Positions 56,983 to 64,000 of a stretch of 64,000 bases of DNA are shown piece after piece. The notes beneath the pieces are model-generated. The model saw only the letters and a list, made by a program, of their open reading frames with translations, did no database searches and was not told where the DNA came from. Location: the NCBI GenBank assembly GCA_020628855.1, contig JAHDEL010000006.1, forward strand, positions 5,424 to 69,423, read 5' to 3'. Made by a program: the position numbers and the translations under genes. The DNA comes from Saprospiraceae bacterium (GTDB lineage: Bacteria; Bacteroidota; Bacteroidia; Chitinophagales; Saprospiraceae). The stretch's first letter is position 1. Each line of letters opens with the position of its first letter.

Positions 56983-59061
56983 TTACAGGTTTTTGGGTAT
57001 GATAAATGCTGATTCAGTCGTGTCATGGACTGGCAGCTTATAGTAGTTACAGATGTTATGAATTTCCTTTTTTGCAGCTCTGTTAGAAGAGCCATCAAGA
57101 ATGACACCGCGGATGTCATAGAGATGTCGAAGTCTATCTATGTCTGGGACAAAATTTTCTCTGAGTAGTATATAGTCAATGTAAGGCTTAGTCTTGTAAT
57201 CATAAACAGCATCGTTGCTTGCTACTAAGAGTAAGATATCTGCATGATTAATCAAATAATTGCTTTGGTCAATGAGAATAGTGTTATCAGAAGATTTAAA
57301 GCCAGATGAGCTTCTATAATTTTTTGCTTGTTGGTTAATTTGTTCTTCCGTAACGTTATCGCTTTTGAGAGATAAAAGCTCACGATCAAAGATATCAATG
57401 AGCGTAGCTTCGCGGATGCCATAGATGGTTAAATGAGATCTGTGTTTAAATTTTGAGTTTACATAAGCAGATTGAGCTGAATATAGGAAGATGCAAAGCC
57501 CTATTAGGCACAATGAAAGTTTTGATTTATTGATTAAGAATATCATCAAAAGCATGATGATACAATAGAGTAAGGCAATCTGATAATAGTCAAGATACAA
57601 GTCTGATAATGTGCAGAAAGGCAGTTTTTCAAGTAGTCGAAGGAGTTGATTCATTGTACCCACCAGTTGATTCAAGAGATGCCCAAGTATGTTTTCATTT
57701 ATGATTGCCATACCAATGACTTCGAAAAAGATCATACTTATACTACCAATCAGTATTAAGTAAGCTCCAAGGATGACAAATAGACCGCTCACCCAAAAGG
57801 TCAGTGAGAATTTCTGAAAAGTGAAAATGCTTAGAGGGCCTACTAATATTTGTGCACTTGTCGCAACAAAAATCAATGTCAGTATTGTATTTGCAAATTT
57901 GGATTTGGTAGTAAGTACTTTCTGAAAGAGAGGCACAAAAAAGACAATTCCCAAAAGGGCTAGAAAAGAAAAGAGAAAGCCGAGATCAAAGAGTTGATAA
58001 GGGCAATAGATTAAAAGTAAGAGAGCCGTAAAGCAGAGAATATTATAGATGTAAGTATCTCTTTGAATGGTCTTCCCAATGAGAAAGGCAGTAAACATGG
58101 TCGAGGCTCTAACCACTGAAGGTGCAGCCCCGGTGAGTATTGCATAGATCCAAATGCTTAGGATAACGATAATAATTTTAAGCATCTTCAGGTAATCAGA
58201 TCGATAATTGAAGAACTGCAGGATCCAGAGAAGAATGCTTGCTATTATACCAACATGCAAGCCACTTACAGCTAGAACATGAATTGCACCAGTATCGGAG
58301 TAAGTTGTCTTGAGTTCTGTAGATAATTTGGTCTTATCTCCGAGCACCATAGCAAGGATGACTGCATTTTTGTTCTTGTCAGGGATATATCTGAAGATTG
58401 TCGCTTCTGCAAAATCCTTTACCTTTTGAAGAGTAGTTGTTAATGTTTTTGTAATACTGAGATGTATAATTGTAACCTGATTTGATTTAGCATAAGTAGA
58501 GTGGAATATATTTTGTCTTGCCAGATAGGCTTTATAATCAAATGTGTTTGGATTGACAGTAGCTTTTATTGGGTTAATGCTACTAGACAAGCTAATTACA
58601 TCTCCTTTATTGATGACTAGAGAAGAGTCCTTAATGCCCACATAGACTTTCAAAGTACCTCTTGAGGCCTGGATCGTGTTAAGATCATTAGCAGTGTAAA
58701 GTAATTCTAAATCAAAGTGCAGCGACTTTTTACTTACTGGGACTGTACTTACCTTTCCAATTACAAAGTTTACTTTTCCTCGATTACTTATATGATTAGC
58801 GAAAGTTGATTGGTCATGTAAAAGTGTTTGAGAAACCCCAATTCCCATAAAGGACATTGGGATCAAGAAACTTAAAATGGCAGAAGTAGGCCTCTTAGTT
58901 AGTAAGCTAAGTAGCAATGTATAGCAGGTTGTGCTGCATACAATAAATATGGCAGAAGTCCACAACAATCCCCATCCTTCAATCGGGATGCAGCTTGCTA
59001 ATAAGACGCCAATAATGTAGTTAGTAAGTGGAACTAGTGTAGGTAGTAGGTACCTATTCAA
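56983..59061 (-). CDS. comEC: ComEC/Rec2 family competence channel protein
   Basis: Multi-TM protein with the competence-domain motif GAIHVLAVSGLHVGI. I see no HxHxDH motif in the C-terminal about 150 aa. Confidence 0.88.
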   Translation of the reverse strand: MNRYLLPTLVPLTNYIIGVLLASCIPIEGWGLLWTSAIFIVCSTTCYTLLLSLLTKRPTSAILSFLIPMSFMGIGVSQTLLHDQSTFANHISNRGKVNFVIGKVSTVPVSKKSLHFDLELLYTANDLNTIQASRGTLKVYVGIKDSSLVINKGDVISLSSSINPIKATVNPNTFDYKAYLARQNIFHSTYAKSNQVTIIHLSITKTLTTTLQKVKDFAEATIFRYIPDKNKNAVILAMVLGDKTKLSTELKTTYSDTGAIHVLAVSGLHVGIIASILLWILQFFNYRSDYLKMLKIIIVILSIWIYAILTGAAPSVVRASTMFTAFLIGKTIQRDTYIYNILCFTALLLLIYCPYQLFDLGFLFSFLALLGIVFFVPLFQKVLTTKSKFANTILTLIFVATSAQILVGPLSIFTFQKFSLTFWVSGLFVILGAYLILIGSISMIFFEVIGMAIINENILGHLLNQLVGTMNQLLRLLEKLPFCTLSDLYLDYYQIALLYCIIMLLMIFLINKSKLSLCLIGLCIFLYSAQSAYVNSKFKHRSHLTIYGIREATLIDIFDRELLSLKSDNVTEEQINQQAKNYRSSSGFKSSDNTILIDQSNYLINHADILLLVASNDAVYDYKTKPYIDYILLRENFVPDIDRLRHLYDIRGVILDGSSNRAAKKEIHNICNYYKLPVHDTTESAFIIPKNL

Positions 59062-59431
59062 TCATTACATCGTCAAACAAAGCCAGATGAGAGAGTGCTG
59101 GGATTGGTAAGTTTCTCATCAGTTGTAAGACAATCGTTTTGGGTTTTCTTAACAACATTGTAATTTTCTTAAAATACTTGTCAGGTAAAAATACAACTGG
59201 CATCTGTATCTGCCAAATCTCCTTTGATTAAGGAAATGTTAATCAAGTATTGAAACAATCTTGCCTTGTTACACCAATCATTCCCAATGTTCGAAGACAA
59301 TGTAACTTCATCAAGATTATGCCGTCACAATATTGAATACACGAAGATTATTCGTGAAATAGCTCCCAATTCCTTATTTTGTATATATCAAAACATTTTT
59401 TTTAACCATATTCTAAACCATTTTATTTACC

Positions 59432-60265
59432 ATGAGAATATTTATTATTATTCTTTGGCTTCTTTTAGGCGTGGGATATTGGTATTGTGCATCAGAGTGT
59501 TGTGATGGTCGTACAACTACAGAACAAGTAAGTGAAGTAGAAAAAGTACCACCAATAACCTCACGAGTCGTTGCTGACGACCCACTTTTATTTAGGTGGT
59601 CTGATCGTAATCCAATCTATGGAAAGAATTGGAATCGATACAAAGATTCCATTGCAGGGTCCCTAAAGGACAACCAAATTCTTCAAATAACTGGACTTTA
59701 CTCCAGAAATGAAGAAAACAAGACATCATTCGAAAATCTGGGAATAGCCAGAGCCGATAGCGTCAGAAGAGCAATGAACATTGCCGAAGATCGAGCTCGA
59801 TTGCTTGGACGTATTGTTCCGGATAGTAGACTTGATAGAAATAATCCATTTGAAGCCATTGTCTTCAGCAATATGGTTAACTCTGATAAGATTAAGGAGG
59901 AAACTGTAGTGGATAATAACAACCAAGTCAGGAAGAGAACAACTATTTACTTCCCATTCAACAGTACAAATAAATTGAACGATGGAGAAGTTGAATCATA
60001 TCTTAATGAAGTTGCATCTAGTGTAAAAGCATCTGGAGAGCGAGTACAGCTTGTTGGGCATACTGACAATGTTGGCGATAATGCTTCTAATCAAGATCTA
60101 GGTCTTGCAAGAGCGCAGGTCATTAAGAATTATCTTATTAGCAGGGGAGTTAATCCAAATAAGATTTTAACACAATCTCGAGGAGAGGCTCAGCCAATTG
60201 CATCGAATAATGATGCTAGCGGACGTGCGAAGAATCGTCGTACCGAATTAACAATTATCAAATAA
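59432..60265 (+). CDS. OmpA family protein (membrane anchored)
   Basis: N-terminal TM helix; CASECCDG cluster; C-terminal OmpA-like domain (VGHTDNVGDNASNQDLGLARAQ, NRRTEL). Confidence 0.8.
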   Translation: MRIFIIILWLLLGVGYWYCASECCDGRTTTEQVSEVEKVPPITSRVVADDPLLFRWSDRNPIYGKNWNRYKDSIAGSLKDNQILQITGLYSRNEENKTSFENLGIARADSVRRAMNIAEDRARLLGRIVPDSRLDRNNPFEAIVFSNMVNSDKIKEETVVDNNNQVRKRTTIYFPFNSTNKLNDGEVESYLNEVASSVKASGERVQLVGHTDNVGDNASNQDLGLARAQVIKNYLISRGVNPNKILTQSRGEAQPIASNNDASGRAKNRRTELTIIK

Positions 60266-60281
60266 TAAAAAGTAAATAATA

Positions 60282-61265
60282 ATGATACAATTAAGCATAT
60301 TCAACTTTTGTGACTGGTGGTGGTTTTGGTGGCTGCTTCCATTCTTGTTAGGTCTTCTATTAGGATGGGCGCTTTGGGCTAAGTGGAGAAGAATGTATGA
60401 AGAAGCGCAAACAGAGATAGGTAACTATAAAGCAAAAATCCGTGGTCTAGAAGAGGATCTTGATGCCTGCAGAAAGAAGGGTAGTGATTTGTCAAGTGAG
60501 ATTGCAACATTAAAAGGATCTCTCAGAGAAAAAGATGCTGAAGTAGATAGATTAAAGAGAAGTGGTGGAGGTAATGCAAAAGCTGCTACAGCTACTAGTT
60601 CTATTGCTGCTTCATCTATGGCACCTAAGGTGGAAGAGAAAAAAGCTGCACCTGTCAAGTCAAACGTAAAAGCAGATAAGTATGCTAAGCTTAAGTCTGA
60701 CAACCTTCAAATTATTGAAGGAGTAGGACCTAAGATGGAATCTGTACTACACGAGAATGGTGTTGCAACATGGTCAGAGCTCAGTGGAAAATCTGAGGGA
60801 GACTTGAGAGGTATACTGGATAAGTATGGAGATAAATACAGAATAATTGATCCTTCTGACTGGCCTGCTCAAGCGAAGTTGGCAGCAAATGGCCAATGGG
60901 ATGATCTTATCGCTCTTCAGAAAGGCCTGGGCAGTCAAACTGGTGCTGAGACTGATTCTAAGGTTGAGAAAATTATGATCAAGTTAGGTATCCTTAAGCA
61001 GTGGAAAGAGAATGATCTCAAAGCTGTTGAAGGTATTGGTCCAAAGATCGAATCTTTGCTAAACAATGCAGGTATTACGACATGGGCAGGGTTAGCTTCT
61101 ACATCGGTAAGCAAGCTAAAGGAAGTCCTTGAAGCAGCAGGTGATAGATATAAATTAGCAGATCCGGGTACTTGGCCTAAGCAAGCAGATTACGCTGCTA
61201 AAGGTCAATGGGATGAGCTTGAAGAATATCAAGACTTTTTACAAGGTGGTAAAAATCCTGGATAA
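60282..61265 (+). CDS. membrane-anchored coiled-coil protein with two tandem helix-hairpin-helix-type repeats
   Basis: Trp-rich TM helix and coiled coil. Two repeats of about 85 aa follow (LQIIEGVGPKMESVLHENGVATWSEL...WPAQAKLAANGQWDDL and LKAVEGIGPKIESLLNNAGITTWAGL...WPKQADYAAKGQWDEL). Confidence 0.65.
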   Translation: MIQLSIFNFCDWWWFWWLLPFLLGLLLGWALWAKWRRMYEEAQTEIGNYKAKIRGLEEDLDACRKKGSDLSSEIATLKGSLREKDAEVDRLKRSGGGNAKAATATSSIAASSMAPKVEEKKAAPVKSNVKADKYAKLKSDNLQIIEGVGPKMESVLHENGVATWSELSGKSEGDLRGILDKYGDKYRIIDPSDWPAQAKLAANGQWDDLIALQKGLGSQTGAETDSKVEKIMIKLGILKQWKENDLKAVEGIGPKIESLLNNAGITTWAGLASTSVSKLKEVLEAAGDRYKLADPGTWPKQADYAAKGQWDELEEYQDFLQGGKNPG

Positions 61266-61290
61266 GAAGTCCAAGCTTGAATAAAGTTAA

Positions 61291-61325
61291 GAGGAGGCTA
61301 TTGTAAAAGATAGCCTCCTCTTTTT
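61291..61325 (+). terminator. intrinsic terminator after the HhH-repeat gene
   Basis: GAGGAGGCTAT tgtaaaag ATAGCCTCCTC followed by TTTTT. Confidence 0.88.
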
Positions 61326-61359
61326 ATAATTACTTCTCTGAGAATTGGGTTATATAATT

Positions 61360-62610
61360 ATGAGTAATAGAACAATCCTTCTCGGTGGAGGATGCTTTTG
61401 GTGCATTGAATCTGTATTTCAAGACATCAAAGGAGTCCAATCTTGTACATCTGGATACGCAGGTGGTACAGATGAAAATCCTACTTATAAGAAAATTTGC
61501 AGTGGTTTATCGGATCATGCAGAAGTAGTCAGAATCGAGTATGATGACTCCCTTTTTCCACTTACCTCTCTTTTGGATTTGTTCTTTGCATTTCATAATC
61601 CAACTACACTCAATAGACAAGGTAATGATGTAGGTACCCAGTATAGGTCAGCAATCTATTATGTAGATGACAGTGAAAAAGATGTAATTGATCAAGCTGC
61701 ACTCAGAGCTGAGAAAAACTGGGGATTACCAATAGTTACTGAGATAAAGCGAGATGTCATCTTTTATCCAGCTGAAGACTATCACCAAAATTATTATAAC
61801 AATAACCCAGATCAAGGTTATTGCCAGTTTGTTATTTCCCCAAAAGTCTCAAAACTGAGAAAGCATTATAGTCACTTGCTGAAAGTAGTTGTCATCTTTC
61901 TTGGGATGCTAAGTGGTTTTCAAGCCACTAGCCAAGTTGATTTTTCTATGCCTTCTACTGTTGTTGAACGGAAACTGGATGGAATACCAGTTATCAAAGT
62001 GTATGTGCATTTGCTCAATCAAACGCAATCATCTGACAAGCTAAAAAAGTTAGTCTATGAGAATATTGCACTCCTCAATAAGGAATTTGAGAACTCTATT
62101 CGATTTACAGTGCAGGGGATAGGATTTAGTCCAAGGAAAGCTGAGTTGCCAGACTTGTATAATGATTTCTATCTGAATGATAGAGCATTAATAAGTGATG
62201 TTATAGTTGGTTTAGAAAAATCAAATGTTCTCAACATCTTCGTTACTCCTACTTATTATGAAGATGTGATTGAAGCAGAACTGATGGGCTTTACACCTGT
62301 ACTTAAGGCGAGGCAGTATGCTTATGCTCAAAATAGTCCTTTGTTTGATAGGATGTATATAAGTTATAAAGGATTGGAATCTAAGCTAACTCTAATCCAT
62401 GAAATGGGACATTTTTTTGGGTTAAAGCATCCATGGGAGATGGCTGACTTTAATTTAGAATTAATGGGATTGGATCGAGAATCAAAGAACAATCACATGA
62501 CATATGATGAAGGTGCTGATCACTTTACTGAAGAACAGTTAAGTAGTATGCAGTATAATGCCTTACAATTTAGATATTACCTGTGTAGCACTATTCTCAG
62601 TGTGAGATAA
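61360..62610 (+). CDS. msrA: peptide methionine (S)-S-oxide reductase MsrA fused in frame to a hydrophobic segment and a metzincin-type zinc protease domain
   Basis: GGGCFWC active site and a full MsrA domain (about 175 aa); a hydrophobic VVVIFLGMLSGF segment; HEMGHFFGLKH (HExxHxxGxxH) followed by NHMTY. Confidence 0.7.
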   Translation: MSNRTILLGGGCFWCIESVFQDIKGVQSCTSGYAGGTDENPTYKKICSGLSDHAEVVRIEYDDSLFPLTSLLDLFFAFHNPTTLNRQGNDVGTQYRSAIYYVDDSEKDVIDQAALRAEKNWGLPIVTEIKRDVIFYPAEDYHQNYYNNNPDQGYCQFVISPKVSKLRKHYSHLLKVVVIFLGMLSGFQATSQVDFSMPSTVVERKLDGIPVIKVYVHLLNQTQSSDKLKKLVYENIALLNKEFENSIRFTVQGIGFSPRKAELPDLYNDFYLNDRALISDVIVGLEKSNVLNIFVTPTYYEDVIEAELMGFTPVLKARQYAYAQNSPLFDRMYISYKGLESKLTLIHEMGHFFGLKHPWEMADFNLELMGLDRESKNNHMTYDEGADHFTEEQLSSMQYNALQFRYYLCSTILSVR

Positions 62611-62643
62611 AAAAAGAGGCAATCAAATGAATGATTGCCTCTT
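62609..62643 (-). terminator. intrinsic terminator for the minus-strand OmpA gene (hairpin shared with the convergent msrA-fusion gene)
   Basis: AAGAGGCAATCA / TGATTGCCTCTT 12-bp stem. The U-tract exists only on the minus-strand transcript (an A-run precedes the stem on the plus strand). Confidence 0.75.
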
Positions 62644-62676
62644 GCTTAAAGGTGTCTGTCTATTACTTTTCCTGGA

Positions 62677-64000
62677 TTAGTATCCAGAGTTTTTGTTTCC
62701 GTTGTAGTAATCTCTGATCACCTCTCCTGAAGAATTAATTGTTCCTCCAGCAGGAGCTGACATTTCGAAGTCGTTATCATCACAAGTTCTGAATTCGACT
62801 CTTCTATTCATATAGTGATCTGCTTCGTTTGTTGGAGAAGGGATTAAAGGTCTCTCTTCACCACCATACATTACTTTAAGTCTTCCTCTATCAATACCAT
62901 ACTCGCTTACTAAATAATCAACAGCATTTTTTGCTCTTTGGAAAGAAAGGTTAGTATTGTAGTCATTATTGTTTCTATTGTCAGTATGACCATGTGCAAC
63001 TACACAAAGCTCTGGGCACTTCTTCATCACTGTAGCAATGTGGTGCATGTGACTTGTGTATTCAGGCTTAATGTTAGATTTGTTTAGGTCATAGTGGATC
63101 ATAGGTAAGTACCAGTCACCGCATCCTGACTTAACGACAGTAGTAGTTCTTGTAGGTGCAGTAGTTACAGTGGTAGTTTTGAAGTTTCTTGCTTCATCTT
63201 TAACAATGTTTCTCACAGCAGCCTCATCCATGCAGCACTCTTCTTCTGGAATCTGCGCAGCACCACACTCACTAATTTCATATCCTGGAGGAGAAAAAGG
63301 CTCGCAATCTTTACAGTCTACGATACCATCACCATCACTATCTAATGTAATACCTCTTGTGTCAACATCACATCCAGGCTCAGACTCTAACTCTTGGTCT
63401 AACATGTCAATAACACCATCACCATCTGTATCCGTAAGATCAAGATCTGGTCTTTGCTTTAGAGAAGCCATGTCATTCATTAAAGCATCAAGAGGATTTA
63501 ACCAGTATAATGGCTCTGTTCTCTTATCGAAGTTACCTAAGTTAATTCCTAATCTGAGATTAGTATAGTGGCCAATATCGACGTTATTTGTTTGATCTTC
63601 AGACGTTCTGAATTTGATACCATCAAGGTAATCATTATCAGATACCATCACTTGGTGCTCTAAACCAATATTGAATCTCTTTGTAATTTTTCTCTGTACA
63701 CCGACAGAAGCAGTGTATACAACGTGAATGTTGATATCATCTCCTATTCTGAAAATACCTTTCTTCTTAAAACCATCAGTTTCGTACTCTCCATCATAGA
63801 CAGATTTGATGTCTTTTCTGATTTGAATACGACCAGCTTGAGTATCGAATTTTTCTCTTGTCCATCCGATTCTTCCCATAAGGTCAGTGTAGATTCCTCC
63901 ATCACTGTCAAGCAAATCCAGCTGAGTGTAGTGGTGGTCAAGACCAGCACCTACGATTACATTAAGATTCCACTTGTTTCTTTCTTTGTGGAATAATAAG
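62677..64000 (-). CDS. OmpA family outer membrane protein with thrombospondin type-3-like Asp-rich repeats, 5' end beyond the window
   Basis: The frame stays open to base 63997 upstream of the track start. DTDGDGVIDMLD and DSDGDGIVDCKD repeats; GHTDNRNNNDYNTNLSFQRA and NRRVEF OmpA-like C-terminus. Confidence 0.8.
   Translation of the reverse strand, partial: LLFHKERNKWNLNVIVGAGLDHHYTQLDLLDSDGGIYTDLMGRIGWTREKFDTQAGRIQIRKDIKSVYDGEYETDGFKKKGIFRIGDDINIHVVYTASVGVQRKITKRFNIGLEHQVMVSDNDYLDGIKFRTSEDQTNNVDIGHYTNLRLGINLGNFDKRTEPLYWLNPLDALMNDMASLKQRPDLDLTDTDGDGVIDMLDQELESEPGCDVDTRGITLDSDGDGIVDCKDCEPFSPPGYEISECGAAQIPEEECCMDEAAVRNIVKDEARNFKTTTVTTAPTRTTTVVKSGCGDWYLPMIHYDLNKSNIKPEYTSHMHHIATVMKKCPELCVVAHGHTDNRNNNDYNTNLSFQRAKNAVDYLVSEYGIDRGRLKVMYGGEERPLIPSPTNEADHYMNRRVEFRTCDDNDFEMSAPAGGTINSSGEVIRDYYNGNKNSGY

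Noticed and set aside
59266-59505. 79-aa ORF in the comEC/ompA divergent intergenic region
   Set aside because: It overlaps the well-supported OmpA start in another frame, has no signal or motif, and its composition looks non-coding.
63170-63996. Plus-strand ORFs of 132 aa and 90 aa inside the OmpA/TSP3 gene
   Set aside because: They are antisense shadows. The minus-strand frame carries clear TSP3 and OmpA motifs.
1-64000. Window-wide look for CRISPR arrays, IS elements, integrases, tRNA/rRNA genes, toxin-antitoxin pairs and known defence genes
   Set aside because: I found no regularly spaced repeats, no transposase, recombinase or reverse-transcriptase motifs in any listed ORF, and no tRNA-like cloverleafs in the intergenic gaps. 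The window looks like core chromosome.

Overview
This is a dense (roughly 90% coding), low-GC chromosomal segment that reads as Bacteroidota. The markers are a PorP/SprF protein, many secreted proteins ending in type-A T9SS sorting domains, lipobox lipoproteins and TAnnTTTG-type -7 boxes. I call 56 CDS. Most are housekeeping: ftsH, rsfS, birA, cinA, a 2-oxoacid dehydrogenase E2, gcvT, rnhB, ahcY, trxA, asnS, terC, comEA/comEC and msrA. I found no rRNA, tRNA, CRISPR array, transposase, integrase, phage gene or recognisable defence gene, so nothing here is a clear-cut novel system. In my order of priority, the parts most worth a second look are:
1. An operon of two tandem lipoproteins (one MbnP-like, one Cys-rich) followed by a MauG/MbnH-type dihaem peroxidase (51633-54334).
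2. A membrane CX3CP polyferredoxin tightly coupled to a FAD/NAD(P) oxidoreductase of unknown role (41975-45114).
3. A 370-bp non-coding gap between convergent genes, carrying a perfect 18-bp direct repeat and strong hairpins (51263-51632).
4. An in-frame MsrA / hydrophobic segment / metzincin fusion ORF (61360-62610).
5. A three-gene T9SS cargo cluster with two tandem paralogs (45258-48805).
6. Clearly visible operator architectures upstream of the blaI/blaR1-like and padR-like genes.
All functional calls rest on motif recognition in the supplied translations. No database search was run.
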